Positions 24,909-36,171 of a stretch of DNA of 64,000 nt are shown here, in pieces. Source of the stretch: Mustelus asterias. Its lineage: Eukaryota. The stretch is taken from positions 3,906,001 through 3,970,000 of the forward strand of contig NC_135803.1 in NCBI RefSeq assembly GCF_964213995.1, given 5' to 3'. Numbering within the stretch: the stretch's first letter is position 1; the number at the start of each line of letters is the position of its first letter. Below the pieces are notes generated by a model, which was given only the letters and a program-made list of their open reading frames with translations, did no database searches and was not told the origin of the DNA. A program made the position numbers and the translations under genes.

Positions 24909-27149
24909 TGGTCAGTTCTTATGATTTTGCACTTATTTGTTTGTTATTGTTAAAGACGCTTCTTTGACAGTAATTACTGGGGAACGGGTACACTTGTCTT
25001 CGGAAGAATATGGTTTCTGGTGCTCTATGGTGCATTTTCAACACTTGGGTTTTAATAAGGAATGGTTATTGATTTGGAAACAAATTCAACCTTTTCTTAT
25101 GGACGTGCTACAGCTTTTCAGACTTGATTTAACTCGGCTTACATGCCAGGAATGATCTGCATTAACGATATTATTCTTTATTGCTCCTATTTGTAAGTCG
25201 CAACTGACACTCCTCGTGCGAACCTGCTGCTTTAATTTCACACTGACCTCAATCCTTTTTACTCCTTTGATTTTAAGTGAAATGTCAATTATGTTTTCCA
25301 AGAAATCTGATGAAACACTGTTTTTGTTGTTGCATCAATTAAGTCGCCTGTTCTGATGGATTGCATCTCAGGTTGCAAAAGAAAGTAGTTGAACGATTTA
25401 GATTAATATCTTCTCGAGGTTTTAGGGAGGTGCCAGAGGACTGGACAGAGGAAAATGTGATACCTCTTTTCAAGAAAGTGTGAACGGATAGTCCCAGCAA
25501 TGACAGGTGAATTAGTTTAATATTAGTGGTGGATAAGGTTTTGGAATCCATAATCGTGGAAGAAAATCGACAGGCACTTGGAGAGGTTTGCATGAATGAA
25601 GCAGAGTCAGCACAGGTGTGTGAAATGCACAACATGTTTCATTAATTTAATGGATTTTGTTGTGAAATAACACAGATAATTGATTAAGTCAATGCAGTGG
25701 ATGTTGTCTACATGGATATTAGGCAAACGTTTGACAATGCATCACATAAACAAATCTTTAACAAAAATTGAGGCCTGTGGAATAGGAGAGTCAGTGTCTA
25801 ATTGGATAAAAGTAGACTGCAAGGAGAGAAAGCAGTATATGGTGGTCGTTTTTTGGTTTCGCTGGTGTTTCCTATGGGTCACTGCGAGGACCAATGATTT
25901 TTTTGCTATATATTGCTAAATCCATTTATGGGATGTGGGTGTTACTGACTCGTCCAACAACAATTGCCTATCCTGATTGCCATTGAGCTGAATGGCTTGG
26001 TAGACCATTTTAGAGGGAGTTTAGAGTCAACAGTATTACTGTGGATCTGCAGTCACGTGTAGGCCAGACCAGTTAAAGGCGACCGATTTAAAGTTTATTT
26101 ATTAGTCACAAGTAAGGCTTACATTAACACTGCAATGAAGTTACTGTGAAATTCCCACAGTCGCCACGTTCTGGCACCTGTTCGGTCAATGCACCTAACC
26201 ATCACGTCTTTCAGATTGTGGGAGGAAACCGGAGCACCTGGAGGAAGCCCACGCAGACACGGGGAGAACGTGCAAACTCCACACAGGCAGTGACCCAAAC
26301 CGGGAATTGAACCTGGGTCCCTGGCGCTGTGAGGCAGCAGTGCTAACCACTGTGCCACCGTGCCACTCCACGTTCTTCCCGAAAGTACATTGATGAACAA
26401 GATGGGTTTTTAAGATAATTGTTTATGGTCATTACCAGACTTTTAATTCCAGATTTTTTTACTCAATTCATGTTAAATATAAATCATGGAAGCTTGCAAT
26501 ATGGAGTAACAATTCAACATTTGTTGATGATACCCAAGTTGAAAGATTGCCAAACTTTGAGGTGGGTCTGCATCCCTTGCAACAGAAGAGTTAGGCTCAC
26601 AGAACCGGTGAAGAAATGGCAGTTGCAATTGAATACAGAGAACCGGAAGGTGCTGCGCTTTGGCAGAAGTAATAGGGAGACACAACATAGGCTGAATGTG
26701 TAAAAGTTCTTCCTTTCACTCACCCGGCATATCTTGCTCTTAAATCCATACCTTTGGTCCTTGCATCGTCAGCTTAATGGCATAATTCTAGAGAGTATGC
26801 ACGAACAGAGGGTCCTGGAAATGAATGTGCATCAATTTTTGAAAGTGGACAGTCATACTGAGGAAATGGTTGGCAAAGCATATGTTGCCTTAGGTTTCAT
26901 CAATAGAAATACAAAAACAGAGAACCAACGTTAAACCTTTCTAAAGCGTTGTTAGATAGCAGCTACAGTGTAGCATCCAGTTCTGGTGACTGCACTTTGG
27001 AAAATATCATAGAATCCCTACACTGCCGAAGGAGGCCATTCTGCAGATCTGCAGCAAGTATCCCACAGCGTATCTTACCCACACCCGATCCCCGTACCTA
27101 CCCCACTAATCCACTAATTACACATCTTGGGACACTAATAACACTAATT

Positions 27150-27515
27150 ATAGTGGAGGTGATGGCCTGGTGATATTATCGCTAGACTATTAATCCAAAA
27201 ACTCAGCTCATGTTCTGGTAACCGGCGTTAGAATCCCACCAGGGCAGATGAAAGAATGTGAATTCAATTAAAAATATCTGCAATTTAGAAGCTACTGATG
27301 ACCGTGAAACCATTGTCGATTGTCGGAAAACCCATCTGGTTTACTCATGTCCTTTAGAGAAGGAAATCTGCCATCGTTACCCGGTCTGGCCGAGATGTGA
27401 CTCGAGAACCACAGCAATGTGGCTGACTCTCAAGTGCCCTCCAAAGGCAAGTAGGGATAGGCAATAAATGCTGGCCAGTAAGCGACATCCATGTCCCACG
27501 AATGAATAAAAAAAA
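27150..27515 (+). mobile_element. SacSINE1-like DeuSINE
   Basis: ctagactattaatcca...aaacccatctggtt...ggaaatctgccatc...cacagcaatgtggctgactct...ggcaataaatgctggcc...aataaaaaaaa. Confidence 0.65.
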
Positions 27516-28434
27516 CTAATGGACAATTGAGCATGGCTAACAGACCTAATCTGCACATGTTTGGACAGTGGGAGGAAATCGGAGCACCTGGAGGAAGTCC
27601 ATACAGATTCGGCGCGACCGTGCAAACTCCACACAACCAGTCACCCAAGGCCAGAATTGATAACAGGTCCCTGGCGCTGTGAGGAAGCAATGCTAACCAC
27701 TGTGCCAGGGAGCCAGGTTGAATTCCGGCCTTGGGTGACTGTGTGGAGTTTGCACGTTTTCCCTGTGTATGCGTTAGTTTTCTCCAGGTGCTCATGTTTC
27801 CTTTTTGATTCCTTTTTTGATTCCATTAAGGGACATTGGCGTCGCTGGCTAGGCCAGCGTTAATTGTCCATCTCCAATTTTCAACGAGAACGCGGTGGTG
27901 AGCTGCCTTCTTAAACCGCTGCAGTCCATGTGTGTAGGTACACCCACTCTGCTGGTAGTGAGTTCTAGCATTTTTACCCAGCGTCAGTGCTGGAACGGCA
28001 ATATATTTCCAAGTCAGGATGGTTTGTAGTTTGGAGAGGAACCTCTCGGTGGTTTCGATGTGGCTGTTGCTCTTTCAGATGCTAGTGGTTGTGAGTTTGG
28101 AAGATGCTGCTGAGTTCCTGCAGTGCATCTTGTAGATGTTAAACACGGATGTCACTATTTGTTGGTGGTGAAGGGGGTGAATGTTCCTGGATGTTGTGCA
28201 ATCAAGTGGGCTGCTTTGAACAGGATGATTTAAAGCTTCTTTGGTGTTTCATGCAGGCAAGGCGGCCAATCGGATTGGCGGGCAGTTCTAGCAATCTAAG
28301 TCTCAGTCCCAACACTCAGTAGTGGACGCTGCGGTAGTGCAATGATGACCATAAAGAGGACACGGCGACCGGAGAGAGGACAGTCTGGGCTTTTGGATAG
28401 GGAGGGATCGGGGAGCCTGGAGGAGGGAGATGTG

Positions 28435-28480
28435 CGGGGGGGCGGGGGGGGGGGGGGGGGGGGGGCGGGGGAGGGGAGCC
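28435..28480 (+). repeat. Poly-G tract (others at 11670-11745, 59913-59946, 61200-61265; C-rich at 41030-41095)
   Basis: Long G runs seen directly. Confidence 0.8.
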
Positions 28481-30627
28481 AGGGTGCAGACGGCTGGTGT
28501 TGCAGGCCCATTGGGTAGGAACAAAGTGATTTATCACCTTGGGTGGGCAGGGTGGGAGTTGTGCTAATGCTGCGCTGGGGACACTTTCCCAAAGGTCTTT
28601 GAATCAATCTGCATTAAAAATAACGTCTGTCCACTCTCGCCCGCCTGCTCTCTCCAACCATATTACGGCGCAAGGGCTGCGTATTGCCCGCGTCCATTGC
28701 TTGATGACAACGTCACTTGAGTCTTAGTTGTTTATTTTAAAATGGCTGTTCATTTCGTCGTTCGCCCACCTACCGTATTATCGATGACAACTCCAGACCC
28801 CTGCCCCCTCTCCGTAAACAGGCCACCCGTCCCTGGTTTAATTGGACTGAATAGTCAGTTTCTGTGTTGTGATTTTAAGCTGTTCTATATGTGCTGACCT
28901 CCTGTTGCTGATGACGTAACTGAGGAGAAGCATGTAAGTGACCATTAGGAAATGGTTAAGGACAACATTGGGAGACGATGGAAGACCCTCTGTTATTGGG
29001 ACGAGAAGCCATTACTTTAGATGCTGAGGCTACAATTGTCTTGACGAGCAGAAGAGCCTTTCCGTGCAGCCGGATAATGGGGGAAGGAGATTAGTATGAT
29101 GGACCACATCAAACTAACTTCGCTGGGTGTTTTCTACAGGCCGCCCAATAGTGACAGGGATGTTGAGGAGCAGATAGGGAATAGATCCTGGAGAGATGTA
29201 GGAATAACAGGGTTGTCGTGATGGGAGACTTTAATTTCCCAAACATCGATTGGAATATCGCTAGGGTAAGGGGTCTGGTCGGGGAGGAGTTTGTTAGGTG
29301 TGTTCAGGAGGGGTTCCTGACACAGCATGTGGATAAGCCTACAAGAGGAGAGGCTGTACTCGATCTGGTACTGGCTAATGAGCCTGGACAGGTGTCGGAT
29401 ATCTCAGTGGGGGAGCATCTTGGGGATAGTGATCATAACTCCATCTCCTTTACGCTAGCATTGGAAAGAGATAGGATCAGGAAAGCTAGGAAAGTGTTTA
29501 TCTGGAGTAAGGGGAAATATGAAGCCATCAGGCAGGAGATTAGAGGCGTAAATTGGAAGGAGGCATTCTCGAGGAAAAGTAATGAAGTAAGGTGGCAGAT
29601 TTTCAAGGAATGTTTGTCTGGAGCTCGGCATGACAATGTTCGGATGAGACAGGGAGGTGTTGGTAGGTTACGGGAACCATGGTGCATGAAAGCTGCGCTG
29701 AACCTGGAGAGAAAGAAAAGGAAAGCGTACAAAAGGTTCAGAGAGCTCGGCGATGATAGGGATCTAGATGAGTATATGGCTTGTAGGAAGGGACTTAAGA
29801 AAGAAATTAGGAGAGCCAGAAGGGGTCATGAGAAGGCCTTGGCAGGTAAGATTAAAGAGAACCCTAAGGCGTTCTATAAATATGTGAAGAGTAAAAGGAT
29901 GAGACGTGAAGGAATAGGACCTATAAAAGGTGAAGGTGAGAAAGTCTGTACAGAACTGGAAGAAATAGCAGAGGTGCTTAATGAATATTTTACCTCGGTA
30001 TTCACGGTGGAAAAAGACTTGGGTGGTTGTACTACAGGATTGAGGTGGACTGAAAAGATTGAGTATGTGGACATTAAGAAAGAGGATGTGTTGGAAATTT
30101 TGAATAGCATCAAGATAGACAAGTCGCCGGGATCAGATGGGATGTACCCCAGGTTACTGTGGGACGTGAGGGAAGAGATTGAAGAGCGTCTGGCAATGAC
30201 GTTTGCGTCGTTGATGGAGACGGGAGAGGTTCCGGAGGATTGGAGGATTGCAGATGTGATTCCTATATTCAAGAAAGGGAATAGGGATAGCAAAGGAAAT
30301 TACCGACCGGTGAGTCTAACCTCAGTGGTTGGTAAGTTGATGGAGAAGATCCTGAGGGACAGGATTAATGAACATTTAGAGAAGTTTAGTATGCTCAAAA
30401 GTAGTCAGCACGGATTTGTCAAAGGCAAATCGTGCCTTACGAGCCCGGTGGAGTTCTTTGAAAATGTGACTAAACACATTGACGAAGGAAAAGCGGTAGA
30501 TGTGGTTTACATGGACTTCAGCAAGGCGTTCGATAAGGTCCCCCATGCAAGACTTCTCGAGAAAGTGCGAGGGCATGGGATCCAAGGGGCTGTTGCCTTG
30601 TGGATTCAGAACTGGCTTGCCTGCAGA

Positions 30628-30803
30628 GCTGTAGAGATTTGCATTCTAATTAGTATTCTGTAACTTGATTTCTGTGTCTGTGCACTGTTGGAGCACAGAT
30701 ATCCACTCCATCTGACGAAGGAGCTGTGCTCCGAAAGCTTATGGTATTTGCTACCAAATAAACCTGTTGGACTTTAACCTGGTGTTGTGAGACTTCTTAC
30801 TGT
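30628..30803 (+). mobile_element. Short Penelope-like (pLTR-derived) element with minimal hammerhead ribozyme motif
   Basis: 176-bp insert flanked by 13-bp direct repeat GCTTGCCTGCAGA (30615-30627 / 30804-30816); absent from the sister CR1 at about 49107. Confidence 0.8.
30708..30744 (+). ncRNA. Minimal hammerhead ribozyme motif
   Basis: CCAT-CTGACGA-A-GGAGC tgt GCTCC-GAAA-GC-TT-ATGG: conserved core, 5-bp stem II, stem I CCAT/ATGG, palindromic AGCT in place of helix III. Confidence 0.7.
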
Positions 30804-32909
30804 GCTTGCCTGCAGAAGGCAGAGAGTGGTTGTAGACGGGTCTTTTTCTGAATGGAGGTCGGTCACCAGTGGAGTGCCCCAGGGATCTGTTCTGAGACCC
30901 TTGCAGGTTGTCATTTTCATAAATGACCTGGATGAGGAAGTGGAGGGATGGGTTGGTACGTTTGCCGACGACACGAAGGTTGGTGGTGTTGTGGATAGGT
31001 TGGAGGGATGTCAGAAGCTGCAGCGTGAAATAGATAGGATGCAAGACTGGGCGGAGAAGTGGCAGATGGACTTCAACCCAGATAAATGTATAGTGGTCCA
31101 TTTTGGCAGGTCAAATGGGATGAAGGAGTATAATATCTAGGGTAAGACTCTTATCGGTGTAGAGGATCAGAAGGACCTTGGGGTCCGGATCCATAGGACT
31201 CTTAAATCGGCCTCGCAGGTAGAGGAGGTGGTTAAGAAGGCGTATGGTGTGCTGGCCTTCATCAATCGAGGGATTGAGTTTAGGAGTCGGGAGATAATGA
31301 TGCAGCTTTATAAGACCCTCGTCAGACCCCACTTGGAGTACTGTGCTCAGTTCTGGTCGCCTCATTACAGGAGGGTTGTGGAAATGATTGATAGGGTGCA
31401 GAGATGATTTACAAGGATGTTGCCTGGATTGGTTGGCATGCCTTATGAGGGTAGGTTGATGGAGCTCGGTCTTTTCTCCTTGGAGAGACGAAGGATGGGA
31501 GGTGACCTGATAGAGGTGTACAAGATGTTGAGAGGTATAGATCGGGTGGATTCTCGGAGGCTTTTTCCAAGGGCTGAAATGGCTGCTACGAGAGGACACG
31601 TGTTTACGGTGCTGGGGAGTAGGTACAGAGGAGATGTCAGGGGTAAGTTTTTCACTCAGAGCGTGGTCGGTGAGTGGAATCGGCCGTCGTCAGTGGTGGT
31701 TGAGGCAAACTCGATAGGGTCTTCTAAGAGACTTCTGGATGAGTACATGGGACCTAATAGGATTGAGAGTTATAGGTAAGCCTATATATAAGCCTTGGTA
31801 GGTAGGGACATGACCGGCGCAACATGTGGGCCGAAGGGCTTGTTTGTGCTGTATTTTTTCTATGTTCTATGTTCTAAACCAAAAAGAATGATTAACGAGG
31901 GCAAAACGGGTCAGTGGAGCATCCAAATTCGCCGCCATTATTGTTCAGAAGTACGAATAAAACTGAGAGCAAGGAAGAATTCAAAAGGAAGGTTACAGAA
32001 GACGTGGGGACAGGTCTGGAAATGTTGGAACTGGAGTTTGGAAATGGTATTGGAGTTATTGAAGCCGGAAGAGTTGCTGACGGAAGATAGGTCACCTTGT
32101 TAGTGGGGAGTGAACACTGGTGATCACCAATTGGCAAGACGATTTGTGGATGAGCAAGCCAATCAGACAACCAGTGCAATGGTGTGTCCCGAGCGCATGT
32201 TTTCAGGAGAGGGAGATAATTACGTCTTTGAAAGCGAAGGGAGAGCGCAGGAGGATGACGTTGAGATAGAGGGCCAGCCATGACCATATTAAATGGCGTA
32301 GCAGGCCGAAAGGGCTGATTCGCCTAATACTGCTCCTATTTTCGATGTTCCTATGTTTGTACGTGCCCGAAGAAAGTAAAAGGTTGCCTGATAATTGGAA
32401 TGGGAATTGCGTGATTAATGGTTGAGTATGAAGGGGGTCGAGAGGACAGCTGCGAAAGCTCAAAGAGAGATTAAGCTTGGAGAGACCAAGGGGGAAAAGA
32501 AGAGAATCTGTAAGGCAATGGTTATTTGTGGATCGTGAGTTTGAGAATTGGAAGGCTCTGCACCCGGGGCCGGAGGACATGCAGGGACCACTAGAACAGC
32601 TATTGTGAAGAAAACGATCAACACGTTGCTTGAAGAGGTAATGTGGAATGATGACGTGAAAAGCTGTTCACAGTGGAAACTGAGTGTGTCTATCCTTACC
32701 CCCTAGAATCAGAAAAAAACAGTACACAGCTTTGGCTGAATAGAGTGAAGCATGATGTTGCTTAAAATAGCCAAGAACAATCTGAAAATGAACAGTTAAA
32801 TGATCACGCTCAAATTACACTTGAATTTACGTCGCAAAGTTTGAGGGGGAGGGGGTAATGAAAGGGGCAGCGCAAGAGGAGTTGCAATGCAAGTCATTAA
32901 TTGCCGAGA

Positions 32910-33455
32910 GGCATCGGCGGCACAGTAGCACAGTGGTTAACACAGGGACACGTGCTCAATTCCTGGCCGGTTCTGCCCGTGTCTGCGTGGGTTATCTTCG
33001 GGTGCTGCGGTTTTCTCCCAGAGTTCGAAAGACGTGCTTGTTCGGTGCATTGGCCGTGCTAAATTCTCCCACAGTGTACTCGAACAGGCGCCGGAGTGTG
33101 GCGACTAGGAGATTGTCACAGTAACTTCCTTGCAGTGTTAATGTACGCCTACTTGTGACCCTAATAAAAAATTAAAGTACATTTATTGGTCACAAGCAAG
33201 GCTTACATTAACACAGCAATGAAGTTACTGTGAAATTACCCTAGTCGCCACACTGCGGTGCTTTTTCGGGTCAATTCACCTAATCGGCACGTCTTTCAGA
33301 CTGTGGGAGGAAACCAGAGCATGCGGAGGAAACCTGCGCAGGCACGAGGAAAACGTGCAAACTCCACCCATACAGTGACCCAAGTCGGGAATCGAACGCG
33401 GGTCCCTGGTGCTGTGATTTAGCAGTGCTAACCACTGTGCCACCTTGCCGCCCTA
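32910..33455. mobile_element. Tail-to-tail inverted pair of V-SINE variants
   Basis: A + copy ending cttgtgaccctaataaaa directly followed by a - copy starting tttattggtcacaag. Confidence 0.75.
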
Positions 33456-34429
33456 TGTAGTGAGTCTGTGAGTGCAAAACTAAAGGAAAGGCGTAATTAT
33501 TCGTGCTTTTGTGTAAAAATGTCTCACAACTTTCAGGCATCTTCCAGACGAAGTGATAGTGTAACGGCTATTACACACGGAACAAGCAAAAGAAATGTAG
33601 GGTGAGGAGGGAAGGTTGACATTTTTAATCACTGCAGCAACGCGTCTTCATAGACAATGATGGACCAATGATCTTCTTCCGAGATATAAATGGAAATGAC
33701 ATGAAATGTTCCAGAGCCCAGGACACAACTGGATTATTGGCTATAGGGCAGATGGAAAAAACTCAAGTAACAGATAATCGACTTCTGTGTAAAGAAACTG
33801 AGGAGGACAGAATACTACCAGGTAGTTTTTTTTAGATAGGGAAAATATCAACAGTGGAAGTTAAACATCCACTGCTGAAAAATAAAGGGAAGTGTGGAGC
33901 TCAGGATTGCCTTTCTCCTCGACAGGGGATCCACAACTCGTGAACAAGTTAATAGCTTACCAGAACCTATGCGTTTAGGAAACTATATATATAGTGGATA
34001 ACAATGGCAGAATCTATAGAATTCAATTCAGTGCCCGAGGGCAGTAAGATTTTCTTTGATACCCAATGATTCTCTAATTGATATGTGGCGTTAAAATATG
34101 TTGCGGAAACTGTATCTCAGTACGTTAAGTAAGTAGAAATCTCGATTAAATAATAAACGGATGTTTTGCGGAAAGAATGGGGAGAAAGGGGATTCCAGAC
34201 ATTGACTTCGTTATGCTTTTGGGCGGGATGTTTCCAGATTTGGCTACAGTTGCATAACGCGGACGAGTTTATGCTTTGGGTGCGATCATTTTGTCAATTC
34301 ACATTATTTCCAGTGAATTGGACGGATTAGAGCAGAAGTGATCACCTGGCATATATAATAGTTGCGCTGTGTAGTATGTTTACTGCACAGCCAAGATGAC
34401 AGTCTTGTAATATCCGTCATATTAATACT

Positions 34430-34910
34430 TGGAATAGGCAAGCTATCTTATAAGGAAAGGTTTGGCACAGTCGGCTTGTATCGGCTGGAGTGTAGAGTGA
34501 GAGGCGACTTGGTTGAAGCATATAAGATCGTGAAGTGCTCTTGACAAGGTGGATGTGGAGAGGATGTTTTCTCTTGTGAGCGAATCTAGAACTACGGGTC
34601 ACTGTTTAAAAATAAGGGGTCAGCCATTTAAGATAGACGAGGACATTATTTTCTCTTAGAGGGTCCTGACTCTTTGGATCTATCTTCCATAAAAAGCGGT
34701 GGAGACAGAATCTTTTAATGTTTTAAAGGTAGACGTTGATAGATTATTGATACGCAAGATGATGAAAGATTATGGAGGGTGGGCAAGGATGTGGAGTTGA
34801 GGATAGCATCAGAACAGCCATGGTCTTATTGAATGGTGGAGCAGGCTCGAAGGGCCGAATGGCTTACTCCTGCTCCGAATTCATACGTTCGCTTGTCCGT
34901 TTATTCGTAT
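34430..34910 (+). mobile_element. CR1 3' fragment
   Basis: LSYKERF...VRGDLVEAYKI; ggctcgaagggccgaatggcttactcctgctcc. Confidence 0.8.
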
Positions 34911-35263
34911 GAAATGCCCATTAAAAGATCAAAAGGGTTTATTGAATAGCATTCATTATTATTAATCAATAAATTCAGCATTCAAATCAACAAATACGTT
35001 CCTAAGGCCAATGCTTAAAGGGAAATTTTAGGTTCCAGCCTTGCGCTATGTTACATTCTATCCTAGTTTGTAACGGCTACAATCGATTAGAACAGCTCTT
35101 GTTTATGTGAAGGCAAAACATAAGAACATTCTTCACAGTATTCCATAATTTCTCATAATTTCAAAGAAGCATTAAATTTAAAAATAAAGTCAATTCACTG
35201 TTTCGTCCGGCTGAGGAGAAATGGCCCTATTAGCTCCCTTCTGTATTCTATCAATTTATGATT

Positions 35264-36171
35264 CTATAATGTTTCTGTTCTACTCATCATTTGCTTTCTC
35301 GAGTTCTCTTCTGGCTTGAGTAAGATAATGTAACATTTTGAAGCAAAGATACAGATCAACAACCCAAAGCTTGATGCTAAAATTGCGAATATTTCCACAG
35401 CCACCGTATATTTTCCAGGAGTGCTCACGTAAGCGGGAATGAAAGTTACCCAAACTGCAAAAAATATGAGCATGCTGAAAGTTATAAATTTAGCTTCATT
35501 GAACTTGTCCGGTAAAGCTCGGGCAAAGAAAGCTAAAATTAAACACACAGAAGCTAATATCCCGATGTAACCTAACACACAGCAGAAAGCAACTGTAGAA
35601 CCCACATCACACTCGAGGATAATTTTAGAGCTTTGATACTTGGTGTTTTTAACTGGGACTGGGGGAGATGTCAGCAGCCAGATCACACATATTACAATTT
35701 GAATCAATGTGCAGAGAAAGACAATTGATCGTTGTTGTTTGGGTCCAAACCATTTCATCACATTACTGGATGGTAGAGTTGTTTTAAATGCCATCAGAAC
35801 CACCAGAGTTTTACTAAGGATACAGGAAATACACAGAACAAAGCTAACCCCAAACACAGTGTGACGCACCATACATGACCATGGTGATGGCTGTCCAATG
35901 AATGCAATGGAGCAGAGAAAGCAGAGTATTAATGAGATTAACAGAAGAAAACTTAATTCCGAATTGTTGGCCCTTACGATGGGAGTGTTGATAAAATATA
36001 AGAAAACTGCTGCAACAGCTCCTGTGATACATGCTCCAAACAGTGAAACCGCCGCCAGTGTTATTCCCAGAATGTCTTGAAAGGAAACGAACTCAATTTC
36101 TTTTGGAAGGCACTGATCTCTTCGGCTATTGGACCAGTAATCTGTAGGGCATTTGATGCATTCTGTCGAAC
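35264..36171 (-). CDS. Gene C exon 6 (7TM)
   Basis: 908 bp; CPTDYWSN...C, 7TM, ends SRTETL*. Confidence 0.93.

Larger units (their letters stand above)
29115..31875 (+). mobile_element. 5'-truncated CR1 LINE, same subfamily as 46007-50178
   Basis: 481-aa ORF2 segment followed by RT with stops; near-identical to 47243-50178; possible AAAC TSD. Confidence 0.93.

Noticed and set aside
28296-28607. Proline/glycine-rich ORFs here and at 11536-11836, 57411-57707, 59761-60073
   Set aside because: Translations of G/C homopolymer tracts.
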